A stretch of 64,000 bases of DNA. Origin: an uncultured Actinomycetota bacterium. GTDB taxonomy: Bacteria > Actinomycetota > UBA4738 > HRBIN12. The position numbers and the translations under genes were made by a program. This document shows positions 48,854-60,262 of the stretch, piece after piece. The stretch spans positions 276,069 to 340,068 of the forward strand of contig CAWAPY010000011.1 in assembly GCA_963784055.1 (NCBI GenBank). Reading direction: 5' to 3'. The notes under the pieces are model-generated. The model did no database searches, was not told where the DNA came from, and worked only from the letters and a program-made list of their open reading frames with translations. Within the stretch, counting starts at the first letter, position 1; each line of letters begins with the position of its first letter.

Positions 48854-50360
48854 CGGTCTCCGCGGCCGCGGCGAGCTCACCGGCGCGCACGAGGTTGACC
48901 GCGGCCGCGATGTCGGCCCCGAACTCACGGTCCGCGTCGTAGAAGGGGACCGCCGCTCGCAACGCGTGTCGCACGGCGAGCGTGGCGGGACCAGGTTCCA
49001 GCGGCGCCCGGAGGTCGAGCGCCTGCGCAGCCCCCAACGCCTCGAGCGCCACGACCGTCTCGGCGTTCGCGACGACCTCCCTCGCGTGCCGAGCCGCCGT
49101 CATCCCCATCGAGACGTGATCCTCCTGACCTGCCGACGACGGGATCGAGTCGACCGACGCGGGATGCGCGAGCGACTTCGACTCCGACACGAGCGAGGCC
49201 GCCGTGTACTGCACCAACATGAACCCGCTGTTCAGCCCGCTTTCCGGCACGAGGAACGCCGGGAGGCCGTTCGAGAGCGCGGGATCGAGGAGCCGGTACA
49301 GGCGGCGCTCGCTGATGCTGGCGAGCCCGACGGTCGCGAGCGTCAACGCGTCCATCGCCACCGCGACCGGCTGCCCGTGGAAGTTCCCTCCCGACACGAT
49401 GTCGCCGTCTGCGGGCACCACGATCGGGTTGTCCGAAACGGCGTTCAGCTCGATCTCGAGGACGCCTCGCGCGAACGCGAGCACGTCGCGGGTGGCCCCG
49501 TGGACCTGGGGCGCGCAACGCAGCGAGTAAGCATCTTGCACCAGGTGCTCGCTGTCCCGGTGCGACGCGAGGATGGGCGATCCGTCCAGCAGCAACCGGA
49601 GGTTCGAGGCGCTCGCGGTCTGCCCCGGATGGGGACGGAGCCGCTGCAGTCGGTAGTCGAACGGGGCGTCCGTGCCGAGGGCCGCCTCGATCGTCATCGC
49701 TGCGACCACGTCGGCGGTCCTGGCGAGCGTCGACAACCGCTCGGCCGCCAAAGCCCCGATCGCGAGCATCCCCTGCGTGCCGTTCACGAGCGCCAGGCCC
49801 TCCTTGGCTTGGAGCTTCACCGGCTCGAGACCTGCCCTTCGGAACGCCTCCGCCGCGGGCTCGGCGCCGGTCTCGCTCAGCACCTGCCCTGCGCCGATCA
49901 GCGGCAGTGCGAGGTTCGCCAGGGGTGCGAGGTCCCCCGAAGCACCGAGGGATCCTTGCTCCGGCACCACCGGGATCACGTCGGCGTTCAGCATGGCCAC
50001 CATCAGATCGATGAGCTCGGGGCGGACACCGGAATGGCCGAGCGCGAGCACATGGGCCCTCAGGAGGAGCATCGCTCGCGCCTCGTTTCGTGGGAGCGGA
50101 CGCCCGACCGCCGTCGCATGCGAGCGGACGATCCCGTGCTGCAGGTCGGATGCCTTCGTGGGGTCGATCCGCACGTTGGCCAGTGCGCCGAAGCCGGTGG
50201 TGACGCCGTAGACGACATCCCCTGAAGCGACGGCGTCGTCGACCACGGTCCGAGCGCCCGCGACCCGCTCACGCGCGCTCGCGGGGAAGAGCACATCGGC
50301 GCCCGCCGCGACCGCGGCAACGTCCGCTAGCGTGAGCGTCTCCCCGACCGCGACCGTCAC
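48834..50360 (-). CDS. hutH: histidine ammonia-lyase
   Basis: Track ORF, 508 aa. MIO-forming GSLGASGDLAPLA, plus YGVTTGFG, QDAYSLRC and NFHG. Confidence 0.95.
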   Translation of the reverse strand: MTVAVGETLTLADVAAVAAGADVLFPASARERVAGARTVVDDAVASGDVVYGVTTGFGALANVRIDPTKASDLQHGIVRSHATAVGRPLPRNEARAMLLLRAHVLALGHSGVRPELIDLMVAMLNADVIPVVPEQGSLGASGDLAPLANLALPLIGAGQVLSETGAEPAAEAFRRAGLEPVKLQAKEGLALVNGTQGMLAIGALAAERLSTLARTADVVAAMTIEAALGTDAPFDYRLQRLRPHPGQTASASNLRLLLDGSPILASHRDSEHLVQDAYSLRCAPQVHGATRDVLAFARGVLEIELNAVSDNPIVVPADGDIVSGGNFHGQPVAVAMDALTLATVGLASISERRLYRLLDPALSNGLPAFLVPESGLNSGFMLVQYTAASLVSESKSLAHPASVDSIPSSAGQEDHVSMGMTAARHAREVVANAETVVALEALGAAQALDLRAPLEPGPATLAVRHALRAAVPFYDADREFGADIAAAVNLVRAGELAAAAETVTGPLA

Positions 50361-50406
50361 GGCTGCGAAGGCTACTACCGGAGGTCCGCGCCGATGGTTC
50401 GAGCGC

Positions 50407-51357
50407 TCAGAGTGCGCGCTTGAGCATCTCGAGCAATGACACGAGCGGACCGGTGTCCTGCATCACGTAGAAGTGTGCCGACGGCACGCCGTGCTCGAAG
50501 AGCTGCATCGTCTGTTCGTACGCCCACCGGATCCCGACCTCGGCGACGCCGTCGTCATCCACCGCGGCGACCTCGGCGACGAGCGCCTCCGGAACGGACA
50601 CATTGAATACTCGCGGGATGCTCGTGACATGGCCGCGTCGAGTCAGGATCTTGAGTCCCGGGACGATGGGGATCGTGACGCCCTGGTCGCGCGCGGTCTT
50701 CACGAAGCGGAAGAAGACCTCGTTGTCGTAGAACAGCTGGGTCACGGCGTACTCGGCGCCGGCTCGCTGTTTCTCGACGAGGACCGCGATGTCGCGTTCG
50801 AGGTTCGGGGCCTCCGCGTGCTTCTCCGGGTACGCCGCGACGCCGATGCAGAAGTCGGTCGGCGTGGACTCCACGAGCTCCTCCAGGTACTCACCGTGGT
50901 TCATCGCGGCCACCTGCCCGACGAGCTCCAGAGCGCCCTCGTTCGCGCTGCGTCCTTCTGCCGGCGGCCGTCGCTCGCCGTCCCCGCGGATCGCGAGGAC
51001 GTTCTCGATCCCGAGGTAGTTCAGCTCGATCAGCGCGTCTTCGGTCTCCTCCCGTGTGAAGCCGTTGCACAGCACGTGCGGGACCGGATCGATGTCGAAC
51101 CGATACTTGATCGCCGCGCACAGACCGAACGTGCCCGGCGCCTTGCGGGTCACACGCTTGCGGAACGTGCCACCGGGCACCTCGTCCCACACCGTCTCGC
51201 CCGCGTGGCTCGTGATGTCGATGAACGGCGGCTCGTACGGCAACAGCGAGGACACCGCCTCGTAGATGCGCTCCACGTTGCCGCCTCGCCGCGGTGGGAT
51301 GATCTCGACGCTCACCAGGGGCCTCGTGGCGTTCGCGAGGTGCTCGATGACCTTCAC
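50407..51357 (-). CDS. metF: methylenetetrahydrofolate reductase
   Basis: Track ORF, 316 aa. Motifs: VSVEIIPPRRG, NVLAIRGD, GVAAYPEKH, AEYAVTQLFYD, IVPGLKIL. The gap to hutU upstream is 37 nt and to hutH downstream 46 nt. Confidence 0.85.
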   Translation of the reverse strand: MKVIEHLANATRPLVSVEIIPPRRGGNVERIYEAVSSLLPYEPPFIDITSHAGETVWDEVPGGTFRKRVTRKAPGTFGLCAAIKYRFDIDPVPHVLCNGFTREETEDALIELNYLGIENVLAIRGDGERRPPAEGRSANEGALELVGQVAAMNHGEYLEELVESTPTDFCIGVAAYPEKHAEAPNLERDIAVLVEKQRAGAEYAVTQLFYDNEVFFRFVKTARDQGVTIPIVPGLKILTRRGHVTSIPRVFNVSVPEALVAEVAAVDDDGVAEVGIRWAYEQTMQLFEHGVPSAHFYVMQDTGPLVSLLEMLKRAL

Positions 51358-51394
51358 ACGTCGAGCCTACCGGTCCGACGCGACCGGACCCGTA

Positions 51395-53047
<1,653 letters not shown>

Positions 53048-53156
53048 TACCCATCATCTGCCCCCCGTCTTGGGCGCAATCTCGGGCACCATCTTGGTCG
53101 ATACCCCCGTTCGGGTAACCCCCAGTCGGGCTACGGCAAAGATGCTACCGAGGTGC

Positions 53157-53185
53157 TTGAGCATGCCTTCCTTCGCTTGTAGCGT
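53157..53185 (+). promoter_or_regulatory. candidate promoter giving a leaderless or near-leaderless REC-EAL transcript
   Basis: TTGAGC, 17 nt spacer, TAGCGT. The -10 ends 8 nt before ATG 53194 and no Shine-Dalgarno lies between. Pattern match only. Confidence 0.3.
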
Positions 53186-53193
53186 CCCGCGCG

Positions 53194-54389
53194 ATGGCCT
53201 CTGACGGAACCATCCTCCATCTGCGTGGCCAGAACGATCCGATCCGGGTGCTCCTCGCAGACGACGAGCCCGGCCTGCGGGTCGCACTCACGGAGCTCCT
53301 CAGCCACGAGGAACGGGTCGAGCTGGTCGGCACGGCGGCGGACGCCGAGGAGGCGATCCGCATCGCGGAGTCGAACCTGCCCGACGTCGCCCTCGTAGAC
53401 GTCCGGATGCCGGAGGGCGGTGGGCCGCACGCCGCTCGCGGCATCACGCGGGTGTCGCCCGGGACCCGGGTGATCGCCCTCTCCGCCTACGAGGACCGCA
53501 CGAACGTGCTCGAGATGCTGCGGGCCGGGGCCGTCGGCTACCTCGTGAAGGGCACGGCCGCCGACGAGCTCGTCCAGGGGATCGAGAAGGTCGCCCAGGG
53601 CGGCACGAGCCTGTCGGCCGAGGTGATGAGCGGGGTCGTCGCCGAGCTCGCCACGCAGCTCCGCCGGGAGGAGATCGAGCGCGACGCCGACCAGGCGCTC
53701 CTGCGGGAGACATCGAACGGTTCGTGTCCGGTCACGGCGTCTGGATGGTCTACCACCCGATCATGGACCTCGAGACCCGCGAGGAGATCGGCGTGGAGGC
53801 GCTCGCGCGGTTCGGCTCGATCCCCGTGAAGCCGCCGGACCGATGGTTCGCCGAAGCGACCGCCCTCGAGCTCGGGCTCCAGCTGGAGCTCCGCGCGATG
53901 AAGGAAGCGCTCGAGGGGCTCCCGCGGATCCCGGACGGCGCGTTCCTGTCCATCAACTGCTCCCATCGCACCGCCGCCTCCGCCGAGCTCGCCGAGAGGT
54001 TGGACGGGATGGAGAAGCGGATCGTCCTGGAGATCACGGAGCACGAAGCGATCGACGACTACGGAGCGCTCGCCGAGGCGCTCGAGCCGCTGCGGGCGCG
54101 CGGGCTCCGGGTCGCCGTCGACGACGTCGGCGCCGGGTACGCGAGCCTGCGACACGCGCTCCAGCTCGCTCCCGACATGGTGAAGATGGACATCTCGCTC
54201 ACCCGCGACATCGACCGGGACGCGGGGCGTCGAGCGCTCGCCGCCGCCTTGATCTCGTTCGCGGCCGAGACCGACATGACGATCGTGGCCGAGGGGATCG
54301 AGACCGCCGGTGAGCTGCACGCCCTCCGGCAGCTCGGCGTCCGCTACGGCCAGGGCTTCTACCTCGCCCGGCCCGCGCCGTTGGAGTGA
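53194..54389 (+). pseudogene. response-regulator receiver + EAL domain c-di-GMP phosphodiesterase, one frame break
   Basis: The REC part is ORF 53194..53829 (IRVLLADDEPGLR...DVALVDVRMPEGGG...ALSAYED...GYLVKG). The EAL part is ORF 53724..54389 (EITEHEAIDD, VDDVGAGYASL, KMDISLTRDI, VAEGIET, GQGFYLARP). One base is missing near 53711 (...LLRET/IERFVSGHGVWMVYHPIMDLE). Confidence 0.85.
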
Positions 54390-54393
54390 CGCC

Positions 54394-54816
54394 CTAGCTC
54401 GCGCCCATCCGAACCAACCCGCGGAGCACGCGGAGATCCCGCAGGAAGACTCGGCGCATCAGTGGACGGGCGAGGCGCAGACCCACCCTGCCGATCGGAC
54501 CGAGCCGCGGTGGGGGGAACAGCGTCTCCTTCCAGCGCATGCGGGTTCCCTCGGAGACGGGCTGGAGCTGGATCTCGCCGCTCCCCTTCACCCAGCCGAG
54601 GTGATCGATCACCAGGATCCTGGGCGGCTCCCACATGCTCACGCGCACCGTGTCCCGCGTCTTGATGCCGGCGATCCGCACGGTGGCCTTCGCCTCGACG
54701 CCGACCCCTTCTCGCTGATCGCCGATCACTTCGAAGTCGGAGGCCTCGAGCATCCAGTCGTCCTGATGCTCCCAGTCCGTGATCAGGGTCCAGACGACCT
54801 CGGGCGGTCCCGGCAT
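54394..54816 (-). CDS. SRPBCC family protein
   Basis: Track ORF, 140 aa: MPGPPEVVWTLITDWEHQDDWMLEASDFEVIGDQREG... The reading frame stays open upstream without a start codon, so the N-terminus may be truncated. Confidence 0.6.
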   Translation of the reverse strand: MPGPPEVVWTLITDWEHQDDWMLEASDFEVIGDQREGVGVEAKATVRIAGIKTRDTVRVSMWEPPRILVIDHLGWVKGSGEIQLQPVSEGTRMRWKETLFPPPRLGPIGRVGLRLARPLMRRVFLRDLRVLRGLVRMGAS

Positions 54817-54883
54817 CGTGTCGGAGACCTCGATGACGATCGGGCGCCGACGCTTCGCAGCTCGCTTCTCGGCGCTCAGCGGC

Positions 54884-55840
54884 TCAGCTCGAGCGGCGAT
54901 CGATCGACCACGAGGAGGCGCCGGTCTCCTTCGTGTACTGCTTCATCTCCATCGCGACGGTGATCGCTTCGGCGTAGTGCCGGAACATCCGCTTCTCCGT
55001 GGAGGCGATCCCGATCGACAGGGTGAGCAGCGGGAACCGCTGGAGGTCGCCCCGCCGGTTCGTGATCTCGATGTAGCCGTTCGTCCGGTCGTCGAGGTCG
55101 TAGAGCGCCGGCGCCAGCTCGTCGAACGATTGCACGATCTGCTGCGCCACCGCGGTCGCCTGCTCCGGCGGCACCACGACCACGAAGTCGTCGCCGCCGG
55201 CGTGGCCGACGAACGTGCCGGCGCCGACGATCTGCGTGGCCGCCTCGCCGATCACCCGCCCGGTCTCCCGGATCGCTTCGTCTCCTCGAAGGAACCCGTA
55301 CCGGTCGTTGTAGGCCTTGAATCGGTCGAGATCCACGTAGAGGACCGAGAACGGCTCGGCCCTGGACACCAGACCCTCGATCTCGTCCTCGATCGCGACG
55401 TTGCCGGCCAGGCCGGTCATCGGCGAGAGGGACCGCTTGTCGCTCGCGCGGTTCAGGACACCACGGATCCTCGCAAGGAGCTCCGGGGTGTCGAAGGGCT
55501 TCACGATGTAGTCGTCCGCTCCGATCGCGAAGCCCTCGAGCTTGTCTGCCGAGAGTCCCCGAGCGGTCAGCATGATCACGGACACGGTGGCCGTCCGGGG
55601 ATCCTGCCGGAGCTGGCGGGTCAGCTCGAAGCCGTCCATGTTGGGCATCATCACGTCGGCCAGGACGAGCTGGGGAGGACGCTCCTGCGCAGCCGAGAGG
55701 GCCTGCTCGCCGTCGCTCGCGACGCGAACGTCGTAGCCGGCCGCCTTCAGCTCGATCTCGAGGAGACGTGCGATGAACGGGTCGTCGTCGACGACCAGGA
55801 GGCTCTCGCCTCCACCGTTCGGATCGTCGCTCGGCGGCAC
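54884..55840 (-). CDS. response-regulator receiver + GGDEF domain diguanylate cyclase (signature GGDDF)
   Basis: Track ORF 54884..56299 trimmed to in-frame GTG 55840. Alternatively the ATG at 55944 in another frame would add an acidic N-terminus and require a frame break near 55850. REC: LLVVDDDPFIARLL...LVLADVMMPNMDG...MLTARG...DDYIVKPF. GGDEF: YVDLDRFKAYNDRYGFLRGDEAI...VGHAGGDDFVVVV. Confidence 0.85.
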   Translation of the reverse strand: MPPSDDPNGGGESLLVVDDDPFIARLLEIELKAAGYDVRVASDGEQALSAAQERPPQLVLADVMMPNMDGFELTRQLRQDPRTATVSVIMLTARGLSADKLEGFAIGADDYIVKPFDTPELLARIRGVLNRASDKRSLSPMTGLAGNVAIEDEIEGLVSRAEPFSVLYVDLDRFKAYNDRYGFLRGDEAIRETGRVIGEAATQIVGAGTFVGHAGGDDFVVVVPPEQATAVAQQIVQSFDELAPALYDLDDRTNGYIEITNRRGDLQRFPLLTLSIGIASTEKRMFRHYAEAITVAMEMKQYTKETGASSWSIDRRSS

Positions 55841-56075
55841 GCGTCGGCGAGCGCTCCCGGACCCGTCTCCGGCTCCGTTGGTGCCCCTGCCTCCTGCGGC
55901 GTCTCGTCCGTCACGTGCTCTCCCGTCGTCCCGGTCTGCATCATCTCCTGGACATCGGCACTCTACCGCCAGAGGTGGAGCCGCCCGGGTAACCGGATGT
56001 GGGACGTTCCTGCCCACGCGTGGCACGATGGGGCGGGCCCCCGCGGGCCAGAAACGCAAACAAGAAGGGGACGCC

Positions 56076-57450
56076 ATGCCGGTGCTCGACTCGTTCCTCG
56101 ACGCCATGGGCAACACGCCCGTGGTTCGCCTGCGTTCCGTGGCCCGAGGTGTCAAACCCTCGATCCTCGCCAAGCTGGAGATGCTGAACCCCGGCAGCTC
56201 CGTGAAGGACCGGATCGGGCTGAGGATGATCGAGGCGGCCGAGCGCGAGGGGCTCCTCAAGCCCGGCGGGACGATCGTCGAGCCGACCTCCGGCAACACC
56301 GGCCACGGGCTCGCGATCGCCGCGGCGGTCCGCGGCTACCGGTGCATCTTCGTGATGCCGGACAAGATGAGCCAGGAGAAGATCTCCCTGCTCCGCGCAT
56401 ACGGAGCCGAGGTCGTGATCTGTCCGACGGCCGTCGCGCCCGAGTCCCCGGAGAGCTACTACCGAGTGGCCGACCGGCTCGCCGCGGAGATCCCGGGCGC
56501 GTTCCAGCCGAACCAGTACCACAACCCGGTGAACCCGCAGACGCACTACGACACGACCGGCCCGGAGATCTGGGAGCAGACGGAGGGACGGCTCACGGCC
56601 TTCGTGTGCGGCGTCGGGACCGGCGGCACGATCTCCGGCGCCGGGCGGTACCTGAAGGAGCGGGACCCCGACGTGCTCGTGGTCGGCGCGGATCCGGAGG
56701 GCTCGATCTACTCGGGCGACTCCCCGCGTCCCTACCTCGTGGAGGGGATCGGCGAGGACTTCATGCCCTCCACGTTCGATCCGTCCGTCGTGGATCGCTA
56801 CGTCCGGGTCTCCGATCGCGACTCGTTCCTGACCGCCCGCGCGATCACCCGCCAGGAGGGCATCCTCGTCGGCGGCTCCAGCGGCACCGCGGTGTTCGCC
56901 GCGTTGGCGGTCGCGCGCGAGCTGGACGATCCCGAAGCGACCATCGTCGTGCTGCTCCCCGACTCCGGCCGGCAGTACATGTCGAAGCTCTACTCGGAGA
57001 CGTGGATGCTCCAGCACGGGATGCTGGAGCGTCCCGAGGTGGTGCGCGTCGAGGAGGTCCTGTCCGCGAAGTCCCGTGAGATCCCTCCCCTGATCACCGT
57101 GAACGCGCACGACAAGGTGCGTCAGGCGGTCGAGATCCTGCCAGGAGCACGGCATCTCGCAAGCGCCCGTCGTCCGGGAGGAGTCGATCGACGTCTCGCA
57201 GTTCGTGGGCTCGATCCGCGACCGCGAGCTGCTGGAGCGGGTGTTCCGCGACCCCGACGCGCTCCAGTCCGATGTGGCCGAGGTGATGGCGGCGCCGATC
57301 CCGATGGTGGAGTGGGACGCGCCCGTCGAGGTCGCGTTCGGCGAGCTCGAGCGCTCCCCCGCCGTCGTCGTGACGAAAGCCGGGCAGGCGCTCGGGGTCC
57401 TCACGCGGAGCGACCTTCTGGAGTTCCTCGCTCGTCAGCGCCGGGCGTAG
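56076..57450 (+). pseudogene. cbs: cystathionine beta-synthase (PLP domain + CBS pair), one frame break
   Basis: The PLP part lies in the frame of ORF 55773..58058 from ATG 56076 (LEMLNPGSSVKDRIG, PTSGNTGHGLA, GVGTGGTISG, GGSSG). The CBS pair is completed by ORF 57205..57450. Deleting one c in ctgccagg (about 57140) gives ...VEILQEHGISQAPVVREES... Confidence 0.88.
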
Positions 57451-57459
57451 TCTGCGCCC

Positions 57460-58285
57460 GTGCGCGCGCTGGGGATCGACGTCGGCGTCGGCAAGGGGCT
57501 CGACCTCGTCGCGCTCGACGAGCAGCGCGTGCCGGTCGCAGGTGCTGCCGAAGGTCGGCCTCGAGCAGGTCGCGCGACTCGATCCGGGAGCTCGAGCCCG
57601 ACGTGATCGCGATCGACGCGCCGCCCGCATGGGCCGCGGAGGGCCGGTCGCGGCTCACCGAGCGCATCCTCGCGGAGCGGAACATCCGCACGTTCGCCAC
57701 GCCGACGCGCGCCCGGGGCAAGGGCAACCCGTTCTACGACTGGATGGAGGTCGGGCTTCCGGGTGTTCCGGGTCGCCGCTCGGGCCGGGCTTCCCGCGCT
57801 ACGCGGCGGGCGAACCCCGCGGGGACGGCGATGGAGGTGTTCCCGCACGCGAGCGCCACGGTGCTTGCGCGGGTTCCTCCGGCCCAAGGGGATCGGCGAA
57901 GAAGGCGTGGCGGGAGGGCATCCTGCGTGGCGCAAGGTGTCCGGACGGATCGGCTCACGTCGATGGACCTCGATCGACGCCGGCCTCTGCGCGCTGACTG
58001 GGCTCCTCGCCCTGCAGGGCAAGCGCTTCGCGCCCGGGCGATCCGAAAGAGGGCGTGATCGTCCTTCCCGTGGTCACGCTTGCCGGCCGCGCCGTTCGCC
58101 CCGTTCCGCAGGACACGTCCTCGGCGGTGGCGGCGGGGACCTCCGCGCTGTTCCGCTACTGCGGATGCGGCACACCGGGGTGCCAGGAGCTCACGCGCGG
58201 CGAGTTCGCGCCCGGTCACGACGCCAAGCGCAAGTCCATGCTGTGGCGTCTCGCCCGTGAGGGCGAGACGCCACCGACGAGTTGA
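57460..58285 (+). pseudogene. DUF429-like (predicted RNase H-fold) protein with Cys-rich C-terminal tail, about 9 frame breaks
   Basis: Stitched reading: VRALGIDVGVGKGLDLVALDEQRVPV / VLPKVGLEQVARL / IRELEPDVIAIDAPPAWAAEGRSRLTERILAERNIRTFATPTRARGKGNPFYDWMEVG / ...AMEVFPHASATVLA / ...KKAWREGIL... / IDAGLCALTGLLALQGKRFAPG / DPKEGVIVLPV...FRYCGCGTPGCQELTRGEFAPGHDAKRKSMLWRLAREG. The family assignment is from memory of the DUF429 N-terminal pattern. Confidence 0.55.
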
Positions 58286-58326
58286 GGAGACGAGGATGGA
58301 AGGTGCCCCGAAGCAAAGGAGATCGG

Positions 58327-59451
58327 ATGAGGTTCGAGACCGCGGCGATCCACGCCGGCCAGGAACCCGACGAGCCCTACGGTGCGGTGAACGTCCCGAT
58401 CTACCAGACGTCCACGTACGCGCAGCCGGCCGTCGGCAAGCCCAAGGTGTTCGACTACGCGCGAGGGGGGAACCCCACGCGAGAGGCGTTCCAGACCGCG
58501 CTCGCCGCCCTCGAGGGCGGCGAGCGCGCGTTCGCGTTCGGGAGCGGGATGGCGGCGGAGACCACGCTGCTGCTCTCGTTGCGTCCCGGAGACCACGTCG
58601 TGCTGCCGGACGACGTCTACGGCGGCACGTACCGGCTCCTGTCCACGGTGCTCGAGCCCTGGGGACTGGCGTACTCGGTCGTCGACCTCACCGACTTCGA
58701 GGAGCTGCGCGGACGCCCTCCGCGAAGAGACCCGCGTCGTCTGGCTCGAGACGCCGTCGAACCCGATGCTCCGGATCGTCGACGTGGCGGCGGTCGCTGA
58801 AATCGCCCACGAGGCCGGGGCTCGGGTCGTCGTCGACAACACGTTCGCGACCCCCGCGCTGCAACGGCCGCTCGAGCTCGGTGCCGACGCCGTCGTGCAC
58901 AGCGTCACGAAATACATCGGTGGTCACTCCGATCTGATCGGAGGCGCCGTCGTCACCAGCGACCCCGAGTGGATCGAACGGCTCGGGTTCCTGGCGAACG
59001 CGGTCGGCGCGGTCCCGGGGCCGATGGACTGCTACCTGGGCCTCCGCGGGCTGAAGACCCTCGCGCTCCGGATGGCGAAGCACTCGGAGAACGCCGGGGC
59101 GATCGCCTCGTGGCTCGGATCCCACCCGAAGGTCCGGCGTGTCTACTACCCGGGGCTCGAGTCACATCCCGGTCACGACGTCGCGAGCCGGCAGATGTCG
59201 TCGTACGGGGGGATCGTGTCGTTCGACGCCGTGTCCGCCCAGGAGGCGATCGCGATCGCAGAGCGGGCCGAGCTGTTCTTCCTCGCAGAGTCGCTCGGCG
59301 GGGTCGAGTCGTTGATCGAGGTGCCCGGGCCGATGACGCATGCGAGCGTCGCGGGGTCGCCGTGCGAGGTGCCGGCGCAGCTGGTCCGACTGTCCGTCGG
59401 GATCGAGCACGTCGACGACCTCATCGCCGACCTGTCCCAGGCTTGGGCTAG
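58327..59451 (+). pseudogene. Cys/Met-metabolism PLP enzyme (cystathionine gamma-lyase/gamma-synthase type), two frame breaks
   Basis: ATG 58327 is preceded by AAGGAG. Sequence: MRFETAAIHAGQ...YARGGNPTR...AFGSGMAA (ORF 58282..58800), then ...VWLETPSNPML...DNTFATP...HSVTKYIGGHSD...SLGGVESL...RLSVGIEHVDDLIADL (ORF 58766..59677). There is one extra g near 58710. One missing base near 59441 would give ...DLSQALG with stop at 59449-59451; the ORF tail beyond that is junk overlapping the convergent gene. Confidence 0.85.
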
Positions 59452-60094
59452 GCGCTTCGCAGGAGGATCTCGTCCCCGCCCTCGAGGCGGAGCGCCACCG
59501 TCTGCACCCGATGTTCGCCGTCCACGACGCGGATCGGGGCGTCTGCGCCGCCGAGCCAGTCGTGGAGCCGATCCTCGTCGCCACCCACCTCGGCCCACGC
59601 GATCCCTTCGACCGGAGCCCGATGCCCGGACGGCGCGGCGCCGGGATGGAGCTCGGGTGGCACGTCCCACGAGATGAAGAACGGGAGCCAGAGGTCGTCG
59701 CCTCGCTCCTCGATCCCGGCGCCGCGCCATCGCACCTCTGTGCCGTCGGGGCGGGTCCGGGAGCCGGGCTGCACCGTGAGCCCGAGTCTGGCCGCGGTGG
59801 CCTCGATGTGGTCGTCGGCGAGACAGACCGAGAACCATCGATCGCCGGCGGACGACAGCTCGAGCAAAGTTCGCCCGAGCACCGTCTCGGATCCGACCAC
59901 CTCGTCGACGACGCCAACAGCTCCACGTAGTCGCGGCCGAGCGGAGCGACCATGTTGGCGGTCCCCCATCGCGGATGACGCCCACCCGGAGCGAACCGCA
60001 GTCCGTGCTCTTCCCGGAAGCGCTCGGCAGATGCGTCCAGATCGGCGACGGCGAGGACGACGTGGTCGATCCGGTACGGAGGAGGGGTCCCCAC
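59448..60094 (-). pseudogene. VOC/glyoxalase-like domain protein, one frame break
   Basis: The N-terminus is ORF 59162..60094 (MGTPPPYRIDHVVLAVADLDASAERFREEHGLRFAPGGRHPRWGTANMVAPLGRDYVELL). The remainder is ORF 59448..60257 (...WFSVCLADDHIEATAARLGL...LPFFISWD...). The frame changes near 59920. Confidence 0.7.
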
Positions 60095-60100
60095 GGCGAG

Positions 60101-60262
60101 CTAGGGGATCGGTCGCTTCAGGTAGGCGACCATCGAGACACCGCCTGCAGGAGTCTGCTGCTGAAGGATCGTCACGAGCTCCCAGCCGTCCTCCCCGAAG
60201 TTGTTCAAGATCTCGCCGGGATTGTGCTCGAGCAGCGGTGCCACGAAGTACTCCCACTTCAT
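60101..60262 (-). CDS. DUF4177-like small protein
   Basis: Last 53 aa of track ORF 60101..60907: MKWEYFVAPLLEHNPGEILNNFGEDGWELVTILQQQTPAGGVSMVAYLKRPIP. The start overlaps the upstream stop (ATGA). Confidence 0.55.
   Translation of the reverse strand: MKWEYFVAPLLEHNPGEILNNFGEDGWELVTILQQQTPAGGVSMVAYLKRPIP

Noticed and set aside
55945-56075. SAM-I (S-box) riboswitch call upstream of cbs
   Set aside because: Only a ~10-nt stretch resembles the S-box core. The conserved kink-turn, pseudoknot and GCAACC/AGA elements are missing. I kept it only as a low-interest item to scan with Rfam.
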